The notes: a model not told the origin generated them from the sequence alone. 32,000 bases of DNA from Moraxella nasovis (GCF_022701215.1 NZ_CP089976.1:600001-632000); one strand, 5' to 3'. Positions 17,306 to 26,954 are shown, counted from the stretch's first letter. Numbers and translations: made by a program.

Positions 17306-17866
17306 TTAATAATCTGACTGCCAAGCGACAAGCATCGTCTGGCTATCCAGATCCACCTTTAGCACAACGTCTTTATGCCAAGGGATAAGTCTTTCTTCGC
17401 CATCTAAGCTTTGAGCTGTTGGCTTAACACAGACAATCTCATGAGCACCCGTCTCAAATAATTTCTCAACGACACCCAGTATCTCATGCTCTTCATTAAT
17501 GACGGTTAATCCAATCAAATCTGACCAATAATACTCATCATCGTCAAGCTTTGGAAAGTTTGCTTTATCCGCCCAAATCGTTACACCCTGCATCGTCTCT
17601 GCGACATTGCGATCAGGAATTTCTTGGAAGCTTGCGACCAAACCTGCCCCTTGATGTCGCCACTCACTCACCGTCAAAGGCTTAAATCCAGTTGCTGTTT
17701 TCATCCACCACGGCTGAAAATTAAACACGTCAGAACGTTCATCCGTCTCGCTAAATACCCATAACCACCCTTTAATACCATAAGGCTTTTGAAGCGTGGC
17801 AATTTTAATTAAATCATCAGGATTTGGCATGGTGTGAGCACGGCTAAGATTTGGTTTTTTAATCAT
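17306..17866 (-). CDS. rimM: Ribosome maturation factor RimM
   Basis: 186 aa. KPYGIKGWLWVFSETDERSDVFNFQPWW matches the RimM N-terminal PRC-barrel signature. Alternative start at ATG 17830. Neither start has a strong SD. Confidence 0.9.
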   Translation of the reverse strand: MIKKPNLSRAHTMPNPDDLIKIATLQKPYGIKGWLWVFSETDERSDVFNFQPWWMKTATGFKPLTVSEWRHQGAGLVASFQEIPDRNVAETMQGVTIWADKANFPKLDDDEYYWSDLIGLTVINEEHEILGVVEKLFETGAHEIVCVKPTAQSLDGEERLIPWHKDVVLKVDLDSQTMLVAWQSDY

Positions 17867-17906
17867 AACTTAAACTTCAATAAAGTTAAATATAGGCTTA
17901 AATAAA

Positions 17907-17953
17907 AAATCGGTTTGCATTAAACTGCCAAGCAGAAGAACACAAACCGATTT
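17907..17953 (-). terminator. Hairpin plus U-run between rpsP and rimM (possible intra-operon attenuator)
   Basis: Minus-strand RNA reads AAATCGGTTTG-(25-nt loop)-CAAACCGATTT followed by TTTTTATT. The 11-bp stem lies 16 nt after the rpsP stop. The large loop lowers confidence. Confidence 0.35.
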
Positions 17954-17968
17954 AAGGCTTAAGCAATA

Positions 17969-18214
17969 TTATGCAGATTGCTTGCTTTTAGCTAGCTGAG
18001 CAACACGATCTGAAGGTTGCGCACCTTTTTCAATCCAAGCATTATATGCTTCTAGATCAAGTCGTAGAGCCTCTTCTTGACCACGAGCCAGCGGGTTAAA
18101 GAAACCGATTTTTTGGATATGGCGGCCATCACGTGGTGAACGGCTGTCAGTTACAACGATTTGATAAAATGGGCGTTTTTTAGAGCCGCCACGAGCTAAA
18201 CGAATTACAACCAT
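17969..18214 (-). CDS. rpsP: 30S ribosomal protein bS16
   Basis: 81 aa: [40 protein letters not shown] is canonical S16. Confidence 0.96.
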   Translation of the reverse strand: MVVIRLARGGSKKRPFYQIVVTDSRSPRDGRHIQKIGFFNPLARGQEEALRLDLEAYNAWIEKGAQPSDRVAQLAKSKQSA

Positions 18215-18328
18215 GATAACTCTCTTTAAAAAATTTGAAATAAGATAAAAGTATGGTGCAAGAATTTAGATAGTATATTCCTGCCTAAAATGAGGATGAG
18301 CCGAAAGCATGGAATTACTAAAGCTGTA

Positions 18329-18346
18329 ATTATAACAAATTTACAC
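18329..18346 (-). promoter_or_regulatory. Putative rpsP operon promoter core: GTGTAAATTTGTTATAAT (same 18-mer as at 12221-12238)
   Basis: On the minus strand TATAAT lies at 18334..18329, preceded by TGT. A TTGATT -35-like hexamer sits 16 nt upstream. The leader to the rpsP ATG (18214) would be about 108 nt. Confidence 0.4.
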
Positions 18347-18419
18347 CATAAATCAAAGTAAAATTGCATAAGTTGTTGTGATTGTTTTATACTATTTCTA
18401 AAAATTTAGCATCATTATC

Positions 18420-19829
18420 ATGAACAACATGAACAAGTCACTATACACTCTGCTGCTCAAGCTTCGCCACCAATTTTATTCTAATACATGGCAGACCATC
18501 ATTGTGGTTTTTTTTATCGTCTTTAGTAGTGTTGGGTTGTCATTGTGGTTATTTTGGCGAAGTTTGTATCTGCCAGAACTAAAAAACCACGCAAATTATC
18601 TTGCAAGCGAATTAAATTTTATCAACCAAACACATAAACGCTGGGCAGATGATCCAAGTACATTAAAATGGCTAGAGCAACAAAGTCGTCTCAAAATCAC
18701 TCGTAATCCAGAACACTTTCCTGATGTTACAGATAAGCTGCTTGTTGATAGCATTACAGATGTTCTGTCATCTGAAGTTGAGCGTGAGCTTGGGCGTAGT
18801 GTACAAGTTTATTTTAAATTTAAGCCCATACCAATGTTGTGGATCCAAGACAGTGAGCATCCTGAGATTTGGCTTAGTGAGCCCATCACCTATTATTCTC
18901 ATTACAGTCCCGGATTACTTTTTAGTTTCAGTTTTGGCTTGCCGTTATTGACACTTCTAACGATATTCATACTCGTTCGAGGCTTAAATAGACCACTTCG
19001 CAAGCTAGAAAGAGCAGCCAATAGCTATATTACCGAAGGTCATGCAACCACCCTGCCAACTAGAAAAGGCCCAAGAGAAATCCGTCAAGTAAACACTGCG
19101 TTTAACCAACTCTTTACTACGCTAAACCAAGCTCAAAAAGAGCGTACCATTATGCTTGCTGGCATCTCTCATGATTTAAGAACGCCACTTACACGAATGC
19201 GTCTTACTGCCGAAATGTTGCCAGATGAATTTTTTCGAGAGGGCTTGGTTTATGATATCGAAGATATGGATGCTATCTTGGAACAATTTATTTCATTTAT
19301 GAAAGATGGTTCCGATGAACCTGTTCGCCCAACCAATCTAAGTGGTATTTTTAAAGAAGTTATGGTGCAGTTCGGTGATGTTCGCTTTATTTGCGACCAA
19401 TGTCTAAAGACAGAAGTGCCTGTCAGACCCCTATCCATTAAACGTTTAGTTATTAATCTAGTCAATAACGCCATCCGTTATGGCAAAGAACCCATTCATC
19501 TAAGTGCCTATACTGAAGTCAAAGACACTAGTGATGTTAATGACACACCCCATCCTATGCTAATCATCAGCGTTAAAGATGAGGGCGATGGCGTGGCAGA
19601 AGATCAATTGGCACGCATCATGCAGCCATTTGAACGCGGAGAGTCCGCCAGAACAACACAAGGTAGCGGACTTGGATTAGCAATTGTTGATCGTATTGCA
19701 CGATTACACCAAGGCACTGTATCCGTCACAAATCACCCAGACGGAGGGCTTCAAGCATCTGTCAGCATTCCTCTGCTCACACAAATTACTGGTAAATCTA
19801 AAGATGTTGGCAAAGGCCCGACACCTTAA
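18420..19829 (+). CDS. EnvZ-like sensor histidine kinase (orphan: no adjacent response regulator)
   Basis: 469 aa. Two TM segments bracket a ~115-aa periplasmic domain, followed by a HAMP region. H-box GISHDLRTPLTRMRL, N-box LVNNAIRYG, G1 DEGDGV, G2 GSGLGLAIVDRIA, overall EnvZ architecture. It is flanked by rpsP (divergent) and rplQ (convergent). Confidence 0.85.
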   Translation: MNNMNKSLYTLLLKLRHQFYSNTWQTIIVVFFIVFSSVGLSLWLFWRSLYLPELKNHANYLASELNFINQTHKRWADDPSTLKWLEQQSRLKITRNPEHFPDVTDKLLVDSITDVLSSEVERELGRSVQVYFKFKPIPMLWIQDSEHPEIWLSEPITYYSHYSPGLLFSFSFGLPLLTLLTIFILVRGLNRPLRKLERAANSYITEGHATTLPTRKGPREIRQVNTAFNQLFTTLNQAQKERTIMLAGISHDLRTPLTRMRLTAEMLPDEFFREGLVYDIEDMDAILEQFISFMKDGSDEPVRPTNLSGIFKEVMVQFGDVRFICDQCLKTEVPVRPLSIKRLVINLVNNAIRYGKEPIHLSAYTEVKDTSDVNDTPHPMLIISVKDEGDGVAEDQLARIMQPFERGESARTTQGSGLGLAIVDRIARLHQGTVSVTNHPDGGLQASVSIPLLTQITGKSKDVGKGPTP

Positions 19830-19875
19830 ATAATCTTCCAATGAATTTAACAAAATAAGCTTTTGCCCCATCAAA

Positions 19876-19905
19876 AAAAAGACTTGGAATAATCCAAGTC
19901 TTTTT
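19876..19905. terminator. Bidirectional Rho-independent terminator between the kinase gene (+) and rplQ (-)
   Basis: AAAAAGACTTGGA-ATAA-TCCAAGTCTTTTT: a perfect stem with an A-run and a T-run on either side. Confidence 0.8.
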
Positions 19906-19922
19906 CATCCATAATGTGTTTA

Positions 19923-20282
19923 TTATGGGCGATCTACAAGCTCGACATAAGCCATAGGTGCACTGTCGCCATCACGATAGCCACATTTGATGATACGCAA
20001 GTATCCACCTGGGCGACCTTGGTAGCGTGGACCAAGCTCAGAAAATAGCTTACCTACGGTAGCTTTATTACGAGTGCGGTTGAAAGCTAGACGGCGATTA
20101 GCAACGCTGTCTTCTTTTGCCAAAGTGATCAATGGCTCAGCCACACGGCGAAGTTCTTTTGCCTTTACCAAGGTAGTTTTAATCAGTTCATGCTCAATTA
20201 AAGAATTGGTCATGTTCTGAAACATAGCCTTGCGGTGGCTACTGGTACGACCCAGTTTCACTCCACTATTACGATGTCTCAT
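19923..20282 (-). CDS. rplQ: 50S ribosomal protein bL17
   Basis: [24 protein letters not shown]... is canonical L17. Last gene of the alpha operon. Confidence 0.97.
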   Translation of the reverse strand: MRHRNSGVKLGRTSSHRKAMFQNMTNSLIEHELIKTTLVKAKELRRVAEPLITLAKEDSVANRRLAFNRTRNKATVGKLFSELGPRYQGRPGGYLRIIKCGYRDGDSAPMAYVELVDRP

Positions 20283-20299
20283 GGTCAGGTATCCTTAAA

Positions 20300-21304
20300 T
20301 TAACGGCTACGATAAGAAAAACGGTCATCAACTCTAAGGTCACTAGGTGGCCAGTTATCAAGACGCATTCCAAGCTCTAAATCTTTAGATGCTAGCACGT
20401 CTTTGATTTCAGTCAATGATTTCTTACCTAGATTTGGAGTCTTAAGCAGTTCTGTTTCTGAACGCTGCACCAAATCACCGATATAATAAATGTTCTCAGC
20501 TTTTAAACAATTTGCCGAACGAACCGTTAGCTCAAGATCATCAACTGGGCGTAGTAGCACAGGATCGATCTCTTCTTTCTCTTTTACTGGCTCTGGTGGT
20601 GTTTCCGCTTCTAAATCTACAAAAATTGCAATTTGCTGTTGCAAAATAGTCGCAGCTTTACGAATTGCTTCTTCAGGATCAATTGTCCCATTTGTTTCAA
20701 GCTCAATGATCAGCTTATCAAGGTCAGTACGCTGTTCTACACGAGCATTCTCAACATCATAAGCAACGCGTAAAATTGGGCTAAAGCTTGCATCAAGCTT
20801 TAAATGACCAATAGATTTAGATTCAGCAGTCTCACGGCGTTGGTTAGCAGGCTCATAACCACGACCTGTTACTACACGCAGACGCATTTTCAGGTGTCCA
20901 CGATCGCTTAGATTTGCTAAGACATGATCAGGATTAGCAATCTCAACATTATGTGGTAATTCTAGATCGGTAGCAGTTACGACACCTGGTCCTTTTTTAT
21001 CCAAAGTTAGGTAAGCTTCACCTTGATCATGCAAAGTGATAGCCAACCCTTTAAGATTTAAAAGAAGATCCAACACGTCTTCTTGCAAGCCTTCTAAAGT
21101 TGAATATTCGTGATCAACACCTTCAATCTCGGCTTCAACAACAGCTGCACCAGACAGTGAAGAAAGTAGAATGCGGCGAAGAGCGTTACCTAAAGTATGC
21201 CCAAAGCCACGTTCTAACGGCTCGAGCGTGACCTTAGCAGTTGTTTCATTAACCGCATCCACGTTAATGGCATTCGGTGTAAGAAACTCAGTTGCATTTG
21301 TCAT
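20300..21304 (-). CDS. rpoA: DNA-directed RNA polymerase subunit alpha
   Basis: 334 aa: [26 protein letters not shown], and the C-terminal domain [41 protein letters not shown]. Confidence 0.98.
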   Translation of the reverse strand: MTNATEFLTPNAINVDAVNETTAKVTLEPLERGFGHTLGNALRRILLSSLSGAAVVEAEIEGVDHEYSTLEGLQEDVLDLLLNLKGLAITLHDQGEAYLTLDKKGPGVVTATDLELPHNVEIANPDHVLANLSDRGHLKMRLRVVTGRGYEPANQRRETAESKSIGHLKLDASFSPILRVAYDVENARVEQRTDLDKLIIELETNGTIDPEEAIRKAATILQQQIAIFVDLEAETPPEPVKEKEEIDPVLLRPVDDLELTVRSANCLKAENIYYIGDLVQRSETELLKTPNLGKKSLTEIKDVLASKDLELGMRLDNWPPSDLRVDDRFSYRSR

Positions 21305-21327
21305 AGTGTCACCTCGATCAGTTCAGA

Positions 21328-21969
21328 TTATTTAGAGTATAGTTCAACAATCAAGTTCTCGTTGATTTCAGCAGGCAATTCGCTACGCTCAGGAGCGGTC
21401 TTAAAGATGCCTTGCAATTTGCTATGGTCAACTTCCAACCACTCAGGAATACCACGCTGAGAGGCAAGCTCGATAGCATTTTTAATACGTAATTGCTCTT
21501 TAGACTTTTCATGAATAGCAATCACATCACCATCTTGAACTTGAATTGAAGGAATGTTCACACGAACAAACTCATCACGACCAGCTTTCTTAAGCAAAAC
21601 TGAACGGTGGCTAACAAGCTGACGTGCCTCTGCACGAGTCGCACCAAAACCCATACGATACACAACATTATCTAAACGGCGTTCTAACATGCCAAGTAGA
21701 TTTTCACCTGTTGCACCACGCATACGGGCAGCTTCTTTATAGTAATTAGCAAATTGGCGTTCTAACACACCGTACATGCGTTTTACTTTTTGCTTCTCAC
21801 GAAGCTGAGAAGCGTATTCAGACGTTTTGTTCTGACTGTTGCCATGCTGACCTGGAGCACGACCTGCTTTTTTTGTCTTTACATCAAAAGGCTTTACACC
21901 TGATTTCAGTTGTAAGTCAGTGCCTTCACGACGTGACAATTTTAATTTTGGACCAATATAACGGGCCAT
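21328..21969 (-). CDS. rpsD: 30S ribosomal protein uS4
   Basis: [22 protein letters not shown] ... [16 protein letters not shown] ... LIVELYSK is canonical S4. Confidence 0.97.
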   Translation of the reverse strand: MARYIGPKLKLSRREGTDLQLKSGVKPFDVKTKKAGRAPGQHGNSQNKTSEYASQLREKQKVKRMYGVLERQFANYYKEAARMRGATGENLLGMLERRLDNVVYRMGFGATRAEARQLVSHRSVLLKKAGRDEFVRVNIPSIQVQDGDVIAIHEKSKEQLRIKNAIELASQRGIPEWLEVDHSKLQGIFKTAPERSELPAEINENLIVELYSK

Positions 21970-21981
21970 GTGTCTTTCTCC

Positions 21982-22374
21982 TTAAACGCGGCGCTTCTTA
22001 GGTGGGCGGCAGCCGTTGTGTGGAATTGGTGTTACATCGCTGATGCTGTTAATTTTATAACCCAATGCACCTAATGCACGAACCGCAGACTCACGACCTG
22101 GTCCTGGACCTTTAACCAAGACATCAACATTTTTTACGCCATAGGTTTCTTGAGCTGCTTTACCAGCAACTTCAGCAGCAACCTGTGCAGCAAAAGGCGT
22201 TGATTTACGTGAACCACGGAAGCCTTGTCCACCTGAGGTGGCCCAAGCCAATGCATTACCTTGACGATCAGTGATCGTTACAATGGTGTTATTAAAAGAC
22301 GCATGAATATGGGCGATACCTTCTGATACCGAGCGACGAGCCACTTTTTTGCGGCTACGAGTGTCTTTTGCCAT
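21982..22374 (-). CDS. rpsK: 30S ribosomal protein uS11
   Basis: [45 protein letters not shown] ... [13 protein letters not shown] is canonical S11. Confidence 0.97.
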   Translation of the reverse strand: MAKDTRSRKKVARRSVSEGIAHIHASFNNTIVTITDRQGNALAWATSGGQGFRGSRKSTPFAAQVAAEVAGKAAQETYGVKNVDVLVKGPGPGRESAVRALGALGYKINSISDVTPIPHNGCRPPKKRRV

Positions 22375-22394
22375 CTTTTAGCTTCCTAAGTTAA

Positions 22395-22751
22395 TTACTT
22401 TTTAATTGCTTTGCGGGGACCTTTACGGGTACGCGCGTTAGTTTTAGTACGTTGTCCATTGACTGGAAGACCACGACGGTGGCGAAGACCACGGTAGCAA
22501 CCTAAGTCAACTAAACGTTTGATGTTCATTGAAATTTCACGACGAAGGTCACCTTCTGTCATATAATTTGCAACTTCTACACGAACAGCATCCAGTTGTG
22601 AATCATCTAACTGACCAATTTTGGTTGTTTCTTGAATGCCAACTGCCGCAAGAATTTTCTTAGCGGTAGTGCGTCCAATACCAAAAATGTAAGTTAGTGA
22701 AATCACAGCATGTTTGTTGTCCGGAATGTTTACACCGGCAATACGAGCCAT
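22395..22751 (-). CDS. rpsM: 30S ribosomal protein uS13
   Basis: Trimmed from the track start 22853 to the ATG at 22751 (SD GGAGAG). [34 protein letters not shown]..., 118 aa, is canonical S13. The 34-codon upstream extension is leader sequence. Confidence 0.96.
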   Translation of the reverse strand: MARIAGVNIPDNKHAVISLTYIFGIGRTTAKKILAAVGIQETTKIGQLDDSQLDAVRVEVANYMTEGDLRREISMNIKRLVDLGCYRGLRHRRGLPVNGQRTKTNARTRKGPRKAIKK

Positions 22752-22878
22752 TGATTTCTCTCCGTTAGCACAAATGCAAGGCATTTGTTTTGCTGAGTTT
22801 ACTCTGCTATAAAAAATAGCATGGCAATTAGCGGATGATACTACATCCGCCACTAAATTTCAAGTATTAATTTATTAA

Positions 22879-22995
22879 TTAACCTTGACGCTGTTTATGA
22901 CGTGGTTCTGCACTGCAAATTACAAGTACTTTACCTTTACGGCGAACAATTTTGCAGCTACCGCAGATTTTTTTTACTGACGCTTGAACTTTCAT
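22879..22995 (-). CDS. rpmJ: 50S ribosomal protein bL36 (zinc-ribbon C-x2-C-x12-C-x5-H form)
   Basis: Below the ORF-track size cutoff, so hand-translated from ATG 22995..22993: [38 protein letters not shown], stop TAA at 22881..22879. Expected position after secY. Confidence 0.95.
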   Translation of the reverse strand: MKVQASVKKICGSCKIVRRKGKVLVICSAEPRHKQRQG

Positions 22996-23018
22996 GTCAT
23001 GCTCCTATTCACACCGCA

Positions 23019-24347
23019 TTACTTTGGTGTATTAATTAATGTCTGATCATGATATTGGTGGGTCATAAGATGAGCTTGAACTTGTGCAATAAAATCCATA
23101 AGCACCACCACCATAATCAATAAAGATGCACCGCCTAACTGAAACGACACACCAAATGATGTTTGAATCACCATAGGCATTAGGCAAATAATTGCCATAT
23201 AAATCGCCCCAATAAAAGTAAGTCGGTTTAAAACAAAGTCTAGATATCGTTTAGTTTGCTCGCCCGGCCTGATTCCTGGAATATATGCACCACTACGCTT
23301 TAAATTTTCTGATACCTCTCTAGGATTAAACATCAATGCCGTATAGAAATAGCAAAAAAAGATAATGAGTACTGCAAACATAAGCAAATACAAAGGACTA
23401 CCTGGCTGTAGAACCAAAGAAATGTTTTGCACAATGTTCTGAAGCGTTGTTGGATTAGCAGAAGAACCTGCCCATTGACCCAATGTTGCAGGCAAAAGCA
23501 ATAAAGAACTAGCAAAAATCGCAGGAATCACACCAGCCATATTGATCTTAAGTGGTAAATGTGATTGTTGTTGTGCGTAAATTTTACGACCTTCTTGTTG
23601 CTTTTGTGCATAATTTACTGGGACTCTGCGCTGTGCTCTTTCGATATACACAATCGCCACAACTACCGCAAGACCTAATACAGCAAAAAGCAGTAATACA
23701 ATTAAATTGGTGTTATCGGTAAAGGCTTGAGATATCATACCTGGAGCACTTGACACAATACTAGCAAAAATCAGCATAGAAATGCCGTTGCCTATACCAC
23801 GTTCTGTAATCTGCTCGCCCAGCCACATTAAAAACATAGCTCCCGCAACCAAAGAGGTTACCGCAGGAATGTAAAAAGCCAATCCACTTGTTAAAGTCAA
23901 TCCACCAGCAATTAAGCCTGTCGACATCCCAACAGCTTGCACAAATGCCAAAGCCAAAGTACCCTGTCTAGTGTACTTATTCAACGTTCTCCTACCAGAT
24001 TCACCTTCTTTTTTGAGTGCCTCTAAAGATGGTACCACAGCAGACATCATTTGCACCACAATAGATGCAGAAATGTAAGGCATGATACCTAAGGCCATAA
24101 TAGACATACGCTCTAAAGCACCACCAGAAAACATGTTAAACATGCCTAAAAAGGTGTTTTGACTACCATCAAAAAATTGGGCTAATCTATCAGGATTCAT
24201 TCCTGGCACAGGAATGTGTGAACCTAAACGATAAACAATCAATGCCCCTAGCAAGAATAGTATTCTTTGCCACAATTCGTTGTACTTCCTAATGAATACA
24301 AAAGGATTTAATGGAATAGATGATTTTGGCATTGATTGCTTAGACAC
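23019..24347 (-). CDS. secY: Preprotein translocase subunit SecY
   Basis: Polytopic, with L..RILFLLGALIVYRLGSHIPVPG..., GIMPYISASIV.Q.M and WLGEQITERGIGNGISM. The track start 24398 would overlap rplO by 47 nt. I prefer GTG 24347, which lies 7 nt after GAGGAG at 24360..24355. ATG 24332 is the alternative. Confidence 0.95.
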   Translation of the reverse strand: MSKQSMPKSSIPLNPFVFIRKYNELWQRILFLLGALIVYRLGSHIPVPGMNPDRLAQFFDGSQNTFLGMFNMFSGGALERMSIMALGIMPYISASIVVQMMSAVVPSLEALKKEGESGRRTLNKYTRQGTLALAFVQAVGMSTGLIAGGLTLTSGLAFYIPAVTSLVAGAMFLMWLGEQITERGIGNGISMLIFASIVSSAPGMISQAFTDNTNLIVLLLFAVLGLAVVVAIVYIERAQRRVPVNYAQKQQEGRKIYAQQQSHLPLKINMAGVIPAIFASSLLLLPATLGQWAGSSANPTTLQNIVQNISLVLQPGSPLYLLMFAVLIIFFCYFYTALMFNPREVSENLKRSGAYIPGIRPGEQTKRYLDFVLNRLTFIGAIYMAIICLMPMVIQTSFGVSFQLGGASLLIMVVVLMDFIAQVQAHLMTHQYHDQTLINTPK

Positions 24348-24351
24348 AAGA

Positions 24352-24792
24352 TTACTCCTCGACACTGCCGCCAGCAGCTTCGATTGCTTGCTTGGCACCT
24401 TTTGTTACTTTAACGCCTTTAAAGTTTAAAGGACGAGTAACTTCGCCAGACAAAATAATACGAGCACGCTTCATATCGCCACGAATGATGTTAGCTGCTT
24501 TCAAGCTTTCAACAGTAACCTCATTGCCTTCAATTTTATTTAGCTCAGATAGACGCACTTCTGCAGTTGTCATTGCCAATTTACTGGTGAAGCCAAATTT
24601 TGGCAGACGGCGATAAATCGGCATTTGACCGCCTTCAAAACCCGCTGGAACGCTTGAGCCAGAACGTGAAGTTTGACCTTTAACACCGCGACCACCAGTC
24701 TTTCCAAGACCTGAACCGATACCACGACCACGGCGTTGGGCAGTCTTTTTAGCACCTAATGCTGGTGATAATTCATTTAAACGAAGACCCAT
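24352..24792 (-). CDS. rplO: 50S ribosomal protein uL15
   Basis: [39 protein letters not shown] is canonical L15, 146 aa. Confidence 0.97.
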   Translation of the reverse strand: MGLRLNELSPALGAKKTAQRRGRGIGSGLGKTGGRGVKGQTSRSGSSVPAGFEGGQMPIYRRLPKFGFTSKLAMTTAEVRLSELNKIEGNEVTVESLKAANIIRGDMKRARIILSGEVTRPLNFKGVKVTKGAKQAIEAAGGSVEE

Positions 24793-24971
24793 TACGCTTC
24801 CTCCACTTTAACCATGTAATTTACACGATTTACCATACCACGAGTTGATGGTGTATCTTCAACCTCTACAGTATGACCAATGCGACGTAACCCCAAGCCT
24901 TTTAGGCAAGCTTTATGGCTTGCTAAGCGATGGCTACTCGACTTAGTTTGAGTAACTTTCATTTTTTTCAT
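24792..24971 (-). CDS. rpmD: 50S ribosomal protein uL30
   Basis: Not in the ORF track; hand-translated. [59 protein letters not shown], 59 aa, compare E. coli ...[56 protein letters not shown] 9 nt upstream. The stop TAA overlaps the rplO ATG (TAATG). Confidence 0.93.
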   Translation of the reverse strand: MKKMKVTQTKSSSHRLASHKACLKGLGLRRIGHTVEVEDTPSTRGMVNRVNYMVKVEEA

Positions 24972-24986
24972 CGTAACTTACCTTAC

Positions 24987-25484
24987 TTAACCCAAAATCT
25001 CTTCAACAGATTTACCGCGTTTTGCGGCAACTTGCTCTGGCGAAACCATGTCACGCAAGCCTTTAAATGTTGCATTTACAACATTTGCAGCATTTGTTGA
25101 TCCATAGCATTTTGCCAGGACGTTTTGCACACCAGCAACCTCAAGTACAGCACGCATCGCACCACCAGCAATAACGCCAGTACCTTCTGATGCAGGCTGC
25201 ATATACACTTTTGATGCACCATGGCGTGCATTAATTGGGTGTTGTAGCGTATGACCTGCTAGATCAACAGTAATCATATTACGTTTAGCAGCTTCTAGTG
25301 CTTTTTGGATAGCAGCTGGCACTTCACGTGCTTTACCACGACCAAAGCCAACGCGACCATTACCATCGCCAACTACAGTTAGAGCAGTGAAAGAAAAAAT
25401 TCGACCACCTTTAACAACTTTTGCTACACGGTCAACCGCTACCAATTTTTCTACCAAACCATCAGTTTGTTCAACTTTTGCCAT
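24987..25484 (-). CDS. rpsE: 30S ribosomal protein uS5
   Basis: [48 protein letters not shown] is canonical S5, 165 aa. Confidence 0.97.
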   Translation of the reverse strand: MAKVEQTDGLVEKLVAVDRVAKVVKGGRIFSFTALTVVGDGNGRVGFGRGKAREVPAAIQKALEAAKRNMITVDLAGHTLQHPINARHGASKVYMQPASEGTGVIAGGAMRAVLEVAGVQNVLAKCYGSTNAANVVNATFKGLRDMVSPEQVAAKRGKSVEEILG

Positions 25485-25486
25485 GA

Positions 25487-25837
25487 TTAGAACTCCAATC
25501 CATTTTCACGAGCAGCGTCAGCCAAAGCTTTAACACGGCCATGATATTTAAATCCACTACGATCAAATGCAACCTTAGTGATACCAGCAGCTTTTGCACG
25601 CTCTGCAATCAAAGCGCCAACAGCTTTTGCAGCTTCAACGTTACCAGTTGCACCAGAACGCAAGCTTGAATCTAGTGTAGATGCTTGAGTAATAACAACG
25701 CCACCAGTTGGTGCGATAATTTGTGCGTAGATATGACGTGGAGTGCGAGTTACTGTCAAACGGTTTACACCTAGGTGACGGATGTGTGCACGGGTTTTTT
25801 TAGCTCGGCGAAGACGAGCTGCTTTTTTATCGAACAT
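25487..25837 (-). CDS. rplR: 50S ribosomal protein uL18
   Basis: [19 protein letters not shown]......[14 protein letters not shown] ... [24 protein letters not shown] is canonical L18. Confidence 0.97.
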   Translation of the reverse strand: MFDKKAARLRRAKKTRAHIRHLGVNRLTVTRTPRHIYAQIIAPTGGVVITQASTLDSSLRSGATGNVEAAKAVGALIAERAKAAGITKVAFDRSGFKYHGRVKALADAARENGLEF

Positions 25838-25852
25838 TGTGTCTCACCTTAC

Positions 25853-26386
25853 TTATTTTTTCTTAGCTTCTTTACGAAGTACGACTTCATCGCTATAACG
25901 AACACCTTTACCTTTATAAGGCTCTGGTGGACGGAAACTACGAATTTTCGCAGCTGCTTGACCTAATTTCTGCTTATCGTTTGATTTAAGTACGATTTCA
26001 GTTTGAGTAGGGCTTTCAGCTGTTACGCCTTCAGGAAGATTGTAAGCGATTGGGTGAGAGTAACCTAAATTAAGATTAACTACATTACCAGCTACTTGGG
26101 CACGATAACCAACACCAATCAACTGTAAGCGACGTTCAAAACCATTGGTTACGCCATTTACCATGTTATTTAGTAGTGCACGCACTGTACCAGTATGCAT
26201 CCACGCTTCTTTGGTGTCTTTTACAGGAGAAACTGTAACAACGTTATCTTCTTGCTTTAGCTCGACCAAATCATGCAGGCGTAAAGACAAAGAACCATTC
26301 TTGCCTTTCACTTCAACCTGCTGACCGTTCAAAGTAACACTAGTGCCAGCTGGCAGCGTTACTGGGGCTTTTGCCACACGAGACAT
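25853..26386 (-). CDS. rplF: 50S ribosomal protein uL6
   Basis: [32 protein letters not shown] ... GVGYRA ... [19 protein letters not shown] is canonical L6, 177 aa. SD AAAGGA. Confidence 0.97.
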   Translation of the reverse strand: MSRVAKAPVTLPAGTSVTLNGQQVEVKGKNGSLSLRLHDLVELKQEDNVVTVSPVKDTKEAWMHTGTVRALLNNMVNGVTNGFERRLQLIGVGYRAQVAGNVVNLNLGYSHPIAYNLPEGVTAESPTQTEIVLKSNDKQKLGQAAAKIRSFRPPEPYKGKGVRYSDEVVLRKEAKKK

Positions 26387-26480
26387 AGGAATATCCTTTA
26401 AATAAAATTACAACCGCTATTAATAGCGGAACCAAAAAAAAATCAATTTAAATAAACATAAGTTATTTAAAAAGCGTTCT

Positions 26481-26509
26481 ATTATACCATGAAAAAATCC
26501 TTAGTGCAA
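26481..26509 (-). promoter_or_regulatory. Putative internal promoter facing rplF: TTGCAC-17 nt-(TGg)TATAAT
   Basis: On the minus strand the -35 TTGCAC (26509..26504) lies in the hairpin loop. A 17-nt spacer leads to the extended -10 TGGTATAAT, with TATAAT at 26486..26481. The predicted TSS is near 26474, about 88 nt upstream of the rplF ATG. Confidence 0.45.
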
Positions 26510-26527
26510 ACTAAGGATTTTTATTTT
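26492..26527. terminator. Terminator-like hairpin inside the spc operon, directly after rpsH
   Basis: Minus-strand RNA reads AAAAATCCTTAG-TTTGCA-CTAAGGATTTTTTC: a 10-bp stem (26495-26504 / 26511-26520) with T-runs on both strands. Confidence 0.5.
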
Positions 26528-26544
26528 TAGCTGAATAATTAAAA

Positions 26545-26943
26545 TTACGCAACTAAAGCAATGATTTCACCACCAATGCCAGCAGCACGTGCAGCACGAT
26601 CGCTCATGATACCTTTACTGGTAGAAACGATAGCTACACCCATGCCTTTTTGAACGCTTGGGAGATCATCTTTGCCACGATATTGGCGAAGACCAGGGCG
26701 ACTATAACGCTTCAGCTGATCGATAACACCTTTACCTTGATAGTATTTTAGTTCAATGTTTAGAACTTTCTTACCATTGTCAGCCTCACTAACTTCTGCT
26801 GAAGTTAGATACCCTTCTGCAACTAATAAATCAGCGATAGACTTACGTAGCTTAGAAGATGGCATTTGAACTGATGGTTTGTTTCTTGATTGTGCGTTGC
26901 GGATGCGGGTTAGCATATCAGCAACAGGATCTTGCATACTCAT
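26545..26943 (-). CDS. rpsH: 30S ribosomal protein uS8
   Basis: [18 protein letters not shown]... is canonical S8, 132 aa. Confidence 0.97.
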   Translation of the reverse strand: MSMQDPVADMLTRIRNAQSRNKPSVQMPSSKLRKSIADLLVAEGYLTSAEVSEADNGKKVLNIELKYYQGKGVIDQLKRYSRPGLRQYRGKDDLPSVQKGMGVAIVSTSKGIMSDRAARAAGIGGEIIALVA

Positions 26944-26954
26944 AGCGTAACTCC

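Larger units (their letters stand above)
26403..26548 (-). other. Insertion-like 128-bp segment flanked by a 9-bp direct repeat (GTAATTTTA on the minus strand) between rpsH and rplF
   Basis: TAAAATTAC occurs at 26403-26411 and 26540-26548. Deleting one copy plus the intervening 128 bp would restore a canonical 21-nt rpsH-rplF spacer (TAA-TTTTATTTAAAGGATATTCCT-ATG). I could find no terminal inverted repeats. Confidence 0.5.

Noticed and set aside
22752-22853. N-terminal extensions in the ORF track for rpsM (to 22853), rplN (to 28592), secY (to 24398), the amidase (to 8396), the DciA-like ORF (from 8436) and fdxA (from 3476)
   Set aside because: The canonical protein N-termini begin at internal start codons with proper SDs. 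The extensions cover leader or promoter sequence, or overlap the upstream gene.
26412-26539. Small peptide genes inside the rpsH-rplF insert (for example the plus-strand MKKSLVQTKDFYF starting at 26489)
   Set aside because: They are 13 codons or fewer, lack an SD, and lie within the hairpin. They are more parsimoniously explained as RNA or DNA signals.
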